Positions 46,000 through 56,430 of a stretch of DNA of 64,000 nt are shown piece by piece. Position numbers and translations under genes: made by a program. Origin of the DNA: Winogradskyella sp. (GTDB taxonomy: Bacteria; Bacteroidota; Bacteroidia; Flavobacteriales; Flavobacteriaceae); NCBI RefSeq assembly GCF_013002225.1, contig NZ_JABDKL010000061.1. The stretch is one strand, 5' to 3'. Below the pieces are notes generated by a model that saw nothing but the letters and a program-made list of their open reading frames with translations, searched no databases and had not been told where the DNA came from. The first letter of the stretch is position 1. Each line of letters starts with the position of its first letter.

Positions 46000-46065
46000 A
46001 ATTTTTGTGTTGTTTTAGGACCACAAAATTAAAACTTTATTTTAAAACAAACGTAAGTTAAGTCA

Positions 46066-46455
46066 TTAATCGGTCCTTAACTTTATTAGCTCTAATAACA
46101 TCACTAACCATGCACTAATTAAGATTAATCCACCAATTGGCGTTATCATCGCAATAGTTTTAAAATTAAAACCCGTGAGGGAATTAGTTGCTAAACCATA
46201 AATGGATCCAGAAAAGAAAATAACACCGGTAACTATTAAGTAAAACATAAGTTTTTTTGTTCTCCTGTTTACAATAGCAGTGGAACCTAAAATGAGTAAA
46301 AGAAATGCATGATACATTTGATATCTCACGCCAGTCTCAAAAGATTTGATCGCATCTGCATCAATTAATTTCTCTAATCCATGAGCTGCAAAAGCACCCA
46401 GAATAATTGCTAAAATTCCTAAACTGGTTCCGGTTACTAAGAGCGTTTTGTTCAT
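46066..46455 (-). CDS. DUF423 membrane protein
   Basis: 129 aa with four helices. GAFAAHGL and YQMYHA motifs typical of DUF423. Confidence 0.75.
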   Translation of the reverse strand: MNKTLLVTGTSLGILAIILGAFAAHGLEKLIDADAIKSFETGVRYQMYHAFLLLILGSTAIVNRRTKKLMFYLIVTGVIFFSGSIYGLATNSLTGFNFKTIAMITPIGGLILISAWLVMLLELIKLRTD

Positions 46456-46536
46456 AATTTAAGTTGCTTTTCACTCATAAATACCTATTGTATTTATTAC
46501 ATTCGTGCAAAACAAAATTAGTTATATAAACCCAAT

Positions 46537-47901
46537 ATGCGAAAGATTTTAATAATAGGTGCAGGTAAATCATCCTCCTATCTTATCAAATATTTAATTG
46601 ACAAATCAGCGTCAGAAAATCTTGAAATGACTATAGGTGATGTAAATTTAGATAACGCAAGAGCACTAATAGGGTCAAACTCTCAAGTAAAGGTTATTCA
46701 TCTCGATATATTTAATGCCGAATCGCGATCTACGGCAATTAAAAATACAGATATCGTTGTTTCGATGCTTCCTGCGCGTTTTCATATTGAAGCTGCAAAA
46801 GATTGTATCGCATACAAAAAGCATATGGTCACGGCCTCTTACGTTAGTGACGAAATGCAAGCTTTAGATGAAGAAGCAACATCTAATGGCCTGGTTTTTA
46901 TGAACGAAATTGGAGTCGATCCTGGGATTGACCATATGAGTGCCATGAAAGTTATTGATAGCATAAGAGATAAAGGTGGCAAAATGATTTTGTTTGAATC
47001 TTTTACTGGTGGTTTAGTAGCTCCGGAAAGCGATACCAACCTTTGGAACTATAAATTTACATGGAATCCCAGAAATGTAGTTGTTGCAGGACAAGGTGGC
47101 GCTGCAAAATTTTTGCAAGAAAATCAATTTAAATATATTCCGTATCATAGGCTGTTTAGACGCACAGAATTCTTAGAGGTGGAAGGTTATGGTCGATTTG
47201 AGGCTTATGCTAACAGAGATTCTTTAAAATATCAGCACGTTTATGGACTTGATCAAATAAAAACGTTGTATCGAGGCACTATGCGACGTGTAGGCTTTAG
47301 TCGTGCGTGGAACGTCTTTGTACAACTCGGAATGACTGATGATAGCTATACCATTGATGATAGTGCTAATATGAGCTATCGCGATTTCGTAAATGCATTT
47401 TTACCCTATAGTCCAACAGATTCTGTGGAACTAAAATTTAGACATGCCTTAAAAATTGACCAGGATGATATTGTCTGGGATAAATTTTTAGAGCTCGATA
47501 TTTTTAATCCAACAAAGATGGTCGCTCTCAATAAGGCAACTCCTGCGCAGATCTTACAGAAAATATTGATGGATAGCTGGACCTTAAGTGATAATGATAA
47601 GGATATGATCGTGATGTACCATAAGTTTGGTTATGAGCTTAATGGACAAAAACATCAAATTGATTCTACTATGGTGGCGCTGGGTGAAGACCAAACGTAT
47701 ACGGCTATGTCTAAGACGGTAGGCTTACCTGTAGCAATTGCAACCTTAGCTATATTAAATAAAAAAATAACGACTCCAGGTGTGCAAATCCCAATTAGTA
47801 AAGAAGTGTACACTCCTATATTACAAGAACTCAAGAGCAACGGTATTACATTTAATGAGAAGGAGGTACCATACCTGGGATATAATCCTTTAAATGTCTG
47901 A
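46537..47901 (+). CDS. saccharopine dehydrogenase family protein
   Basis: ILIIGAGKSS Rossmann motif and NEIGVDPGIDHM, characteristic of the saccharopine dehydrogenase NADP-binding family. Confidence 0.8.
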   Translation: MRKILIIGAGKSSSYLIKYLIDKSASENLEMTIGDVNLDNARALIGSNSQVKVIHLDIFNAESRSTAIKNTDIVVSMLPARFHIEAAKDCIAYKKHMVTASYVSDEMQALDEEATSNGLVFMNEIGVDPGIDHMSAMKVIDSIRDKGGKMILFESFTGGLVAPESDTNLWNYKFTWNPRNVVVAGQGGAAKFLQENQFKYIPYHRLFRRTEFLEVEGYGRFEAYANRDSLKYQHVYGLDQIKTLYRGTMRRVGFSRAWNVFVQLGMTDDSYTIDDSANMSYRDFVNAFLPYSPTDSVELKFRHALKIDQDDIVWDKFLELDIFNPTKMVALNKATPAQILQKILMDSWTLSDNDKDMIVMYHKFGYELNGQKHQIDSTMVALGEDQTYTAMSKTVGLPVAIATLAILNKKITTPGVQIPISKEVYTPILQELKSNGITFNEKEVPYLGYNPLNV

Positions 47902-47963
47902 TAAAGGCTTTTAAGTTGAAATCATTTTACTACTTTTAACTTTCAATTCATTATTTAATTTAG

Positions 47964-48434
47964 ATGAAAGTCAGTGATAAAGGTATTTACATAGATGGTA
48001 TTGATAAAAAAATACTCCGTGCCTTAATGGCAGATGCCAGAACACCAATTCTTGAAATAGCACGTGGCGTTGGTATATCTGGAGCTGCAATTCATCAACG
48101 TCTCAAAAAACTGGAAAAATCTGGGCTGTTAGCGGGTTCTAAATTTATACTAAATCCAAAAGCTTTAGGTTATACAACTATGGCTTTTATTGGTGTATAT
48201 CTCGATAAGGCCGTTAGTAATCCTGAAGCAGTTAAGCAATTACAGAAAATCCCAGAAGTTATTGAATGTCACTATACAACTGGGCATTGGAGTATTTTTT
48301 TAAAAATCTTAACTAAAGATAATGCTCATTTAATGCATGTTTTAAATACAGACATACAAGGCATAAAAGGTGTTTCCCGTACAGAAACATTTATTTCTCT
48401 AGAGCAACAAATTAACAGACAGATCAAGATTTAA
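47964..48434 (+). CDS. Lrp/AsnC family transcriptional regulator
   Basis: N-terminal HTH DKKILRALMADARTPILEIARGVGISGAAIHQRLKKLEKSG and a C-terminal RAM/ACT-like domain. Confidence 0.9.
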   Translation: MKVSDKGIYIDGIDKKILRALMADARTPILEIARGVGISGAAIHQRLKKLEKSGLLAGSKFILNPKALGYTTMAFIGVYLDKAVSNPEAVKQLQKIPEVIECHYTTGHWSIFLKILTKDNAHLMHVLNTDIQGIKGVSRTETFISLEQQINRQIKI

Positions 48435-48476
48435 TTATTTGGAACACCAAAAATTAAAATCCTTATACTAAATACA

Positions 48477-48505
48477 AAAAGCCCAGAACCATCTGAGCTT
48501 TTTTC
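48477..48505. terminator. bidirectional terminator candidate
   Basis: AAAGCCCAGA-acca-TCTGAGCTTT (one mismatch), with an A-run before and a T-run after. Confidence 0.55.
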
Positions 48506-48536
48506 TATATATATATGCTTATAATTTAAATACCAT

Positions 48537-49232
48537 TTAATCTCTACCTCCAAACACCTGTAGTGCCCAATATAAGAGTGAAGCCAGTGCACCTATTGCT
48601 GCAACTAAATAGGTTCTTGCCGCCCACTTAAGAGCATCTTCAGACCCTTTATATTCCTCTGGACTTACCATATTTTTATTCTTAAGCCAAGCTAGCGCTC
48701 TATTGCTAGCATCATACTCTACTGGTAAGGTGATAAAACTGAATAATGTAGCAAAACCCATAAAAACCAATCCAGCAATGGCAACATAGTATCCTAGCCC
48801 GACACCTGCAGCAGCACCTAAAATTAATCCACCAATTACCAACCATTGCGACATACTAGATGTAACACTAACAATTGGAACCAAAGCAGAGCGCATACCC
48901 AGAGCACTATAGGCTTGCGCATGTTGCACAGCGTGGCCAACTTCGTGCGCCGCCACAGCGGCCGCAGCAGCATTCCGCTGATTATATACCGCTTCACTAA
49001 GATTTACGGTTTTATTTTTAGGATTGTAATGATCTGTTAATCGGCCTGGTGTAGAAATGACCTCAACATCATAAATACCATTATCTGATAACATTTTTTC
49101 TGCTATCTCACGACCACTCATACCATTACGTAATTGCACTTTAGAGTATTTAGCAAACTTTCGTTTTAACTGGTTACTTACGAGCCAGCTCACTAAAGCT
49201 ATAGCACCTATTAATATATAATATCCAAACAT
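48537..49232 (-). CDS. membrane zinc metallopeptidase (YugP / Zn_peptidase_2 family)
   Basis: HEVGHAVQH zincin motif with N- and C-terminal TM helices. Confidence 0.8.
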   Translation of the reverse strand: MFGYYILIGAIALVSWLVSNQLKRKFAKYSKVQLRNGMSGREIAEKMLSDNGIYDVEVISTPGRLTDHYNPKNKTVNLSEAVYNQRNAAAAAVAAHEVGHAVQHAQAYSALGMRSALVPIVSVTSSMSQWLVIGGLILGAAAGVGLGYYVAIAGLVFMGFATLFSFITLPVEYDASNRALAWLKNKNMVSPEEYKGSEDALKWAARTYLVAAIGALASLLYWALQVFGGRD

Positions 49233-49321
49233 AATTTTTATTTTAATACGTTGTAAATTTAATGAATGAATAGCAAAAAATGAGCCAAATTAAAGTTAAG
49301 AAATTTTGTCATGTAGCAATA

Positions 49322-50422
49322 TTACATTGCACTAACTGACCAGCTAAAGGCTTCAGCAATTTCTTCATATACTATTTTACCCTTAACAATGTTCAAACCT
49401 TTAGCTAACATTCCGTCAGTTTTACAAGCCAGCTCCCAGCCTTGATTTGCTAAACGAATTACATAAGGTAAAGTCACATTTGTTAATGCGAGTGTGGATG
49501 TATAAGGCACAGCGCCTGGCATATTAGCAACACAATAATGCACCACATCATCAATGATAAAGGTTGGTGCCTCGTGCGTTGTTGCTTTTGTAGTTTCTAT
49601 ACAACCGCCCTGGTCTACGGCAACATCGACCAGTACTGTTCCTGGTCGCATTTCTTTTAGCATATCCTGAGTTATCAATTTTGGTGCTTTTGCGCCTTTT
49701 ACTAAAACACCACCGATAATTAGGTCGTGATCCTTAATACGCTTTCTAATATTATACTCGCTAGAAAATTCGGTTACTACATGACTCGGCATTACATCAT
49801 TAACGTAACGCAACTGTTTCATATTTATATCCATAATAGTAACATGTGCACCTAAACCAGCAGCCATTTTAGCAGCTTGTATACCAACAACTCCTGCACC
49901 AAGAACTAATACTTTTCCAGGAGGCACTCCTGGCACTCCTCCCAGTAAAACACCTCGCCCTTTAATAGGCTTTTCTAAATATTTTGCGCCTTGTTGAATT
50001 GCCATACGTCCTGCAACTTCAGACATTGGTGTTAATAACGGCAAAGTCCCCTCCTTATCTTCAACCGTTTCATAAGCGATGCAAACTGCATTACTTTGCA
50101 ACATGGCCTTAGTTAATGTTTCACTTGAAGCAAAATGAAAATAAGTAAAGACCACATGTTGCGGTTTTATTAATGCATACTCTGCCTCAATCGGCTCTTT
50201 AACTTTCACAATCAATTCTGCTGAATCATAAACATCCTCGATGGTGTTCATGATGGTTGCACCAACCTCTTTGTAATCGTCATCAAAAAAACCACTGCCT
50301 AAACCTGCATTTTGTTGAACGAACACCTCATGATGACGCTTCGTTAACTCAAAAACACCTGCAGGTGTCATACCGACACGATTTTCGTTATTTTTAATTT
50401 CCTTTGGGACTCCAATCTTCAT
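49322..50422 (-). CDS. ald: alanine dehydrogenase
   Basis: MKIGVPKEIKNNENRVGMTPAGV N-terminus and VLGAGVVG NAD motif. 366 aa. Confidence 0.9.
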   Translation of the reverse strand: MKIGVPKEIKNNENRVGMTPAGVFELTKRHHEVFVQQNAGLGSGFFDDDYKEVGATIMNTIEDVYDSAELIVKVKEPIEAEYALIKPQHVVFTYFHFASSETLTKAMLQSNAVCIAYETVEDKEGTLPLLTPMSEVAGRMAIQQGAKYLEKPIKGRGVLLGGVPGVPPGKVLVLGAGVVGIQAAKMAAGLGAHVTIMDINMKQLRYVNDVMPSHVVTEFSSEYNIRKRIKDHDLIIGGVLVKGAKAPKLITQDMLKEMRPGTVLVDVAVDQGGCIETTKATTHEAPTFIIDDVVHYCVANMPGAVPYTSTLALTNVTLPYVIRLANQGWELACKTDGMLAKGLNIVKGKIVYEEIAEAFSWSVSAM

Positions 50423-50521
50423 ATAAACTAATTTTGAGGTTAATAGCTTTATGAAATACTATTAAAAAATTCAACAATCCTAATTTAGGTCTGGTTTTGA
50501 AGTGATTTTTATATAATTCGT

Positions 50522-50568
50522 AAAATGAGGACCTGATTTTAAAGAATCGGCAATAATCACCTCATTTT
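50522..50568 (-). terminator. long stem-loop between the leuS operon and ald (possible terminator or regulatory structure)
   Basis: AAAATGAGG (50522-50530) pairs with CCTCATTTT (50560-50568), extendable by TGATT/AATCA with a 3-nt bulge. Confidence 0.35.
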
Positions 50569-50641
50569 CAACATAATATAAGAATAGATAAACGTATAAA
50601 ATTATCGGTAAATAGCTTGAAGGTTTTTCTGAATTTTAAAT

Positions 50642-51001
50642 TTAATCAACTGCTAAGGTGACCTCAGCTACTTTTTGCTTAACAAAAATTATAAACAATT
50701 GCTCCTGTTGTGCGTCTACAAAAGATGGAGGGTTACCCAATTTGTAGATAAAAGCATCGTTAATTGTATTAACTTTTAAATAAGGTTCACCAAGTGTTTG
50801 TATAACTTCATTTTTGGTTTTATCTAAGAGTATTTGGGAGTCGATAAGATCATCAACTAGTTTGTAGCGCTGCCTAGGTTCAGTTCTCCATTGTTCCTTA
50901 CTAAAACGTTCTTCGAAAAGCCAGATTAATGAGGAACTTATAACGAAAGCTAAGAAGAAAAATAGTCCAATCTTATTATTTCTACTTAGCTTAAAATTCA
51001 T
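50642..51001 (-). CDS. hypothetical membrane-anchored protein
   Basis: 119 aa with a single N-terminal TM helix. 5 nt downstream of leuS. No motif recognised. Confidence 0.5.
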   Translation of the reverse strand: MNFKLSRNNKIGLFFFLAFVISSSLIWLFEERFSKEQWRTEPRQRYKLVDDLIDSQILLDKTKNEVIQTLGEPYLKVNTINDAFIYKLGNPPSFVDAQQEQLFIIFVKQKVAEVTLAVD

Positions 51002-51006
51002 AATTA

Positions 51007-53844
51007 TTAACCTACAATGTTTACAATCTTACCAGGCACTACAATTACCTTTTTAGGTGTCCTACCATCTAATTGGGCGATTGTTTTTTCATGAGCCATA
51101 ACTGCAGCTTCAATGTCATCTTTACTTAAATCAAGAGGTAATTCCATAGTAAAACGCATTTTACCATTAAATGAAATCGGATACTCTTTACTACTTTCAA
51201 CCAAAAACTTTTCCTCAAATTTTGGGAATGTTGCTGTGGATATAGAATCACTATATCCTAATTGTGACCACAACTCTTCTGCAATATGAGGCGCATAAGG
51301 TGAAATTAAAACCAATAAAGGATCAAGAATTTTTTGACTCCTACATTTTTGAGCGGTTAATTCATTAACGGCTATCATAAAAGTAGATACCGACGTATTA
51401 AATGAGAAATTCTCAATGTCTTCTTCTACTTTTTTTATGGTTTTATGTAATGTTTTTAAGTTGTCTTTTGCTGGCTCAGCGTCGGTTACTTTTAAGCCAT
51501 TATCATCTACATATAATTTCCAGAGTTTTTTAAGGAAATTATGTACACCTGTTATACCAGCCGTGTTCCAAGGTTTGTATTGTTCTAATGGCCCTAAAAA
51601 CATTTCGTAAAGCCTTAAACTGTCTGCTCCGTAATCTGATACAATATCATCCGGATTGACAACATTGTATTTTGATTTGGACATTTTTTCTACGTCCCTT
51701 CCTACTTTATAAATGCCATCTTCTAGAATAAACTCTGCATCTTTAAATTCTGGACGCCAGTTTTTAAATGCTTCAACATCTAACTCGTCTGAAGCATTAA
51801 CAAATGAAACATCTGCATGAATTGATTGTACTTTTCTATCAGCAATCAATCCTTTAGAATAGAACTCACCAGATTTTTCATCCCTATATACAAAAGCACT
51901 AGTCCCAAGTATCATCCCTTGGTTGATTAGCTTTTTAAAAGGCTCTTCCACATTTACAAACCCTCTATCTTTTAAGAGCTTTACCCAGAAACGTGAGTAT
52001 AATAAATGACCTGTAGCATGCTCGCTACCACCAATATATAAATCTACATTTTCCCAATAGTTGAGTGCGTCTTCACTTGCAAAAACACCATCTCTATTCG
52101 CAGCTTCTTCCATATAACGGAAAAAGTACCAGGAGCTTCCTGCCCAACCAGGCATGGTATTTAATTCCAGTGGATGTACCGTTTTATTATCAATCTTATC
52201 ATTAGATACCACTGAGTTCGTTGCTGTGTCCCAAGCCCAGACATCTGCACGCCCTAGAGGTGGTTCCCCTTCTTCGGTAGGTAAATATTTTTCAACCTCT
52301 GGCAAGCGAATTGGTAAATGCTCGACAGCTATCATTTGAGGCATTCCGTTTAAATAATAAACAGGGAAGGGTTCTCCCCAATAACGTTGACGCGAAAAAA
52401 CAGCATCTCGCAAACGGTAATTGGTTTTGCCTTCGCCTTGCCCTAATTGCTCCAGTTCGTAAATGGCACGTTTGGTTGCTTTTTTGTAGTTCATTCCATC
52501 AAGGAAATCGCTATTGGTAATTTTAACGTTGTCTTTTGAGGCATAGGCTCCTTCTGAGATATCTACTCCTTCAAAAATATTTGGAATTGGAATCTTAAAA
52601 TGTTTTGCAAAATCATAATCGCGCTGGTCACCACAAGGTACAGACATTACTGCACCTGTTCCGTAGCTTGCCAAGACGTAATCACCAATCCAGATTGGGA
52701 TAGGCTCTTTAGAAAACGGATGTTCTGCATAAGCACCTGTAAACGCACCAGAAATAGTTTTTACATCTGCCATTCGGTCGCGTTCACTTCGTTTAGCAGT
52801 TTTTACGATGTAGGCTTCTACTTCGGCTTTTTGTTTTGGCGTTGTAATTTGCGAAACTAGCTCGTGTTCTGGAGCTAGTGTCATAAATGAGACTCCGAAA
52901 ATGGTGTCTGGGCGTGTAGTAAATACTGAAATAGTATGGGGTTCTTTGTCACTGTGCTCTGTCGGAATGACATTGAACTCCACTTGTGCTCCAACCGATT
53001 TACCTATCCAGTTTTTCTGAATATCTTTTAAGGCATCTGTCCAATCAATCGTATCTAATCCTTGCAGTAAACGTTCTGCATAGGCAGAAATTCGCATACT
53101 CCATTGCGTCATTTTTTTACGCACAACAGGATGACCTCCACGTTCTGAAACTCCGTTGACGATTTCGTCATTAGCTAAAACGGTTCCTAAATCAGGACAC
53201 CAGTTAACTTCGGTTTCTGCTAAATACGTTAGTCTGTATTTTAAAAGAATTTCTTGTTGCTGTTCAGATGAATAGTTGTTCCACTCATCTGCTGTAAATA
53301 TTTCAACATCATCATCACATGCTGCATTCACCGAGGCATTTCCTTTAGATTCAAATTCTGAAACCAATGTGTTAATAGCTTCAGCTTTATTAGAATCGTT
53401 ATTATACCAGGATTCAAATAATTGAATGAAGATCCATTGGGTCCATTTATAGTACTCAGGATTTGATGTACGTACTTCTCTGCTCCAATCGAAAGAAAAA
53501 CCAATTTGATCTAGCTGACGTCTATAGGTTTTTATATTTGCTTCTGTCGTAATTCTTGGATGCTGACCTGTTTGTATGGCATATTGTTCTGCAGGTAATC
53601 CAAAACTATCATAGCCTTGTGGATGCAACACATTAAAACCTTTGTGACGTTTGTAACGCGCATAAATATCACTGGCAATATAACCTAAGGGATGGCCAAC
53701 ATGAAGGCCAGCTCCGGAAGGATAAGGAAACATGTCCAAAACAAAGTATTTTGGTTTGTCGCTATTATTTACGGCCTTAAAGGTTTCGTTTTTTGCCCAG
53801 TGGTCCTGCCACTTTTTTTCGATTTGATTGAAATCGTACTTCAT
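51007..53844 (-). CDS. leuS: leucine--tRNA ligase
   Basis: Start set at MKYDFNQIEKKWQ (ATG 53844). HVGHPLGY (HIGH) and KMSKSK motifs. The 27-codon N-terminal extension in the track ORF is not LeuRS-like. Confidence 0.95.
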   Translation of the reverse strand: MKYDFNQIEKKWQDHWAKNETFKAVNNSDKPKYFVLDMFPYPSGAGLHVGHPLGYIASDIYARYKRHKGFNVLHPQGYDSFGLPAEQYAIQTGQHPRITTEANIKTYRRQLDQIGFSFDWSREVRTSNPEYYKWTQWIFIQLFESWYNNDSNKAEAINTLVSEFESKGNASVNAACDDDVEIFTADEWNNYSSEQQQEILLKYRLTYLAETEVNWCPDLGTVLANDEIVNGVSERGGHPVVRKKMTQWSMRISAYAERLLQGLDTIDWTDALKDIQKNWIGKSVGAQVEFNVIPTEHSDKEPHTISVFTTRPDTIFGVSFMTLAPEHELVSQITTPKQKAEVEAYIVKTAKRSERDRMADVKTISGAFTGAYAEHPFSKEPIPIWIGDYVLASYGTGAVMSVPCGDQRDYDFAKHFKIPIPNIFEGVDISEGAYASKDNVKITNSDFLDGMNYKKATKRAIYELEQLGQGEGKTNYRLRDAVFSRQRYWGEPFPVYYLNGMPQMIAVEHLPIRLPEVEKYLPTEEGEPPLGRADVWAWDTATNSVVSNDKIDNKTVHPLELNTMPGWAGSSWYFFRYMEEAANRDGVFASEDALNYWENVDLYIGGSEHATGHLLYSRFWVKLLKDRGFVNVEEPFKKLINQGMILGTSAFVYRDEKSGEFYSKGLIADRKVQSIHADVSFVNASDELDVEAFKNWRPEFKDAEFILEDGIYKVGRDVEKMSKSKYNVVNPDDIVSDYGADSLRLYEMFLGPLEQYKPWNTAGITGVHNFLKKLWKLYVDDNGLKVTDAEPAKDNLKTLHKTIKKVEEDIENFSFNTSVSTFMIAVNELTAQKCRSQKILDPLLVLISPYAPHIAEELWSQLGYSDSISTATFPKFEEKFLVESSKEYPISFNGKMRFTMELPLDLSKDDIEAAVMAHEKTIAQLDGRTPKKVIVVPGKIVNIVG

Positions 53845-53967
53845 AGTCCTGTTTTCCTTGAAATAAGGTGCAAATTTAAACCTATTACAACACAATAAAA
53901 AACTAAACGTTGTATTGTTCAACATACACTATTTCTTTATTATTTTTACAGCATTAATTATCCATTT

Positions 53968-54846
53968 ATGGCATCATCATTTGACAACTACCAAAGACGT
54001 AAACTCATATCATCTTACATCTCAGTAGTCATAAGTATCGCTTTGGTATTATTTCTTCTTGGTTGTTTAGGATTATTGGTTATTAACTCTAAAAAAGTAG
54101 CCGATCATTTCAAGGAACAGGTCGTGATGACCATTTATTTAAATGATACGGCGAAGGAGGTCGAAGTTAATCAGCTAAAAAAGAGTTTAGCGATGGCAGA
54201 TTACACAAAAGAAGCTCAGTATGTTTCTAAAGAAGAAGCGGCTGAATTAATGCAAGCTGAAACTGGAGAGGATTTTATGGATTTTGTTGGTTATAATCCG
54301 TTAAAAAACTCAATTGATGTGTATCTTAAAGCAGATTATGTTACCACGGAACAGCTTACTTTGATTACCGAAAGTTTATCTAATAAAGCCTTTATAGAAG
54401 AAATTCGCTATGACAATGATCTGGTAGAATTAATGAATGATAATGTTAAAAAAATCACCTTCTGGGTACTGATAATTAGCGGACTTTTTACTTTGATTGC
54501 CGTTTTATTGATCAATAGTTCTATAAGATTGGCAGTATACTCAAAACGATTTATTATTAAAACCATGCAAATGGTAGGAGCTACAAAAAGTTTTATACGC
54601 AAACCTTTTATCTGGAAAAGTGTACAACTTGGAATTATTGGCGCTATTGTTGCTCTAATTGGCATGGCTGTTGTCTTATATTATTTAGATCTAACCTTCC
54701 CAGAATTGGAATTGCTTACCAATACAATTATGATAGCAAGTCTTTTTGCTGGCATATTTTTAATTGGCGTTTTCATTACCTGGATCAGTACATTTATTGC
54801 AACACAACGGTTTTTAAATTTAAAGACCGACCAACTGTATTATTAA
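53968..54846 (+). CDS. ftsX: cell division protein FtsX-like permease
   Basis: One TM helix, a periplasmic domain, then three TM helices in the FtsX/MacB-type topology. 292 aa. Confidence 0.75.
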   Translation: MASSFDNYQRRKLISSYISVVISIALVLFLLGCLGLLVINSKKVADHFKEQVVMTIYLNDTAKEVEVNQLKKSLAMADYTKEAQYVSKEEAAELMQAETGEDFMDFVGYNPLKNSIDVYLKADYVTTEQLTLITESLSNKAFIEEIRYDNDLVELMNDNVKKITFWVLIISGLFTLIAVLLINSSIRLAVYSKRFIIKTMQMVGATKSFIRKPFIWKSVQLGIIGAIVALIGMAVVLYYLDLTFPELELLTNTIMIASLFAGIFLIGVFITWISTFIATQRFLNLKTDQLYY

Positions 54847-54890
54847 GTCATTTGTCAAGCGAAAATTAACCGCTGAATATTGAAAACACG

Positions 54891-55259
54891 ATGATGAGTA
54901 AGCCATTTAGAAATACCATTCTCATTTTAGTTCTTGTAGTCAGTTTACCTTTATTATTCTTTAAATCGTGTGTAATTTATAAGCCTGAACCAGAAGATTG
55001 TAAAAAGATCACCACTACAATAACAGCGCTTAGAGAAGGTCCGACTTTCGATATTGGCTTTTCTGGTAAGCAGGGAGAGCGCTATTATATTAACAGAGGA
55101 ATAGAGTCTGGCTTAATTTTAGATTCTCTTAAGAGCAAAGTTTTAAATAAAACTGTTACTTTGCATATTGTAGAATTAGCATTTGGTTCTACAAGGCACA
55201 TTGCTCAATTAGCTTTAGATGATGAAATCATCTATACCGAATTTGACACTATTAACTAA
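54891..55259 (+). CDS. hypothetical protein with N-terminal signal or anchor
   Basis: 122 aa. Hydrophobic N-terminus ILILVLVVSLPLLFF. No motif recognised. Confidence 0.5.
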   Translation: MMSKPFRNTILILVLVVSLPLLFFKSCVIYKPEPEDCKKITTTITALREGPTFDIGFSGKQGERYYINRGIESGLILDSLKSKVLNKTVTLHIVELAFGSTRHIAQLALDDEIIYTEFDTIN

Positions 55260-55298
55260 TCGTTTCGAAATTTCGGAACTGGATTCGTAGAAATTATC

Positions 55299-55562
55299 AT
55301 GGGAGAAAAAAAACGAAAAGATGCTTCGAAAGCAGAATTTATTTTCGGGAGGAAAAACTATAAATTTATGCTTATAGGCCTCGCATTTATTGCTGTTGGT
55401 TTTATTTTAATGTCGGGAGGAGGTAGTGACGATCCAAATGTATTTGACCCTTCAATATTCAATTGGCGACGTATAAGGCTAGCTCCAACATTGGTTCTTA
55501 TCGGATTTGGAATTCAGGTTTATGCCATACTTCTAAATCCCAACAAGAATAAAAACAAATAA
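55299..55562 (+). CDS. DUF3098-like small membrane protein
   Basis: 87 aa with two TM helices. The ftsX / DUF3098 / uppP / truB order is typical of Flavobacteriia. Confidence 0.6.
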   Translation: MGEKKRKDASKAEFIFGRKNYKFMLIGLAFIAVGFILMSGGGSDDPNVFDPSIFNWRRIRLAPTLVLIGFGIQVYAILLNPNKNKNK

Positions 55563-55620
55563 CATTCATTTTACCTACTTTTGCTCAGTTTCAAAACCGG
55601 TTTAGGATACTTTTAGCCTC

Positions 55621-56430
55621 ATGGATTTTATAGATGCTGTTATTTTAGGAATTGTGCAAGGACTTACAGAGTTTTTGCCAGTATCATCTAGTGGTCATTT
55701 AGAACTCGGTAAAGCTATACTGGGCAGCAATTCGTTGCCAGAAGAAAGTTTATTATTTACCGTTATTCTTCATTTTGCTACTGCACTAAGCACAATCGTT
55801 ATTTTTAGAAAAGATATTCTGGAAATTTTAACCGGGTTGGTTAAAGGTATTAGTAAGTTTACCTGGACTGAAGAATCAAAGTTTTCGGCAAAAATTGTGG
55901 TCTCGATGATACCTGCTGTTATCATTGGATATCAGTACGAAAGAATTTTTGAAGAGCTTTTTGGCAATAATATTTTACTTGTGGGCGCTATGCTTATTAT
56001 TACTGCCATTTTATTAGTGCTTGCCGACCGCTCAAAAAAAACGCATAAAAAAGTATCATTTAGAGATGCTTTTATAATCGGTCTTGCGCAAGGGGTTGCT
56101 ATGCTTCCCGGCATATCGCGTTCTGGCGCTACTATATCTACTTCCGTATTATTAGGTATCGACAAATCTAAAGCAGCGCGATTTTCCTTTTTAATGGTTA
56201 TACCTCTTATTTTCGGAAAAATTGCGAAGGATATTTTAGCTGGTGAGATTAACTATTCAAGTTCTAATTTTACATTTATGAGTGTCGGTTTTATTGCTGC
56301 CTTTATATCGGGATTAGTAGCTTGTACCTGGATGATAAAGCTGGTGAAACAGAGTAAGCTTACCTATTTTGCTATTTACTGTACAATAGTTGGTATAACA
56401 GCTATAATCTGGGCAATATTTTATCAATGA
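55621..56430 (+). CDS. uppP: undecaprenyl-diphosphate phosphatase
   Basis: GIVQGLTEFLPVSSSGHL and PGISRSGATIS motifs. Confidence 0.95.
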   Translation: MDFIDAVILGIVQGLTEFLPVSSSGHLELGKAILGSNSLPEESLLFTVILHFATALSTIVIFRKDILEILTGLVKGISKFTWTEESKFSAKIVVSMIPAVIIGYQYERIFEELFGNNILLVGAMLIITAILLVLADRSKKTHKKVSFRDAFIIGLAQGVAMLPGISRSGATISTSVLLGIDKSKAARFSFLMVIPLIFGKIAKDILAGEINYSSSNFTFMSVGFIAAFISGLVACTWMIKLVKQSKLTYFAIYCTIVGITAIIWAIFYQ

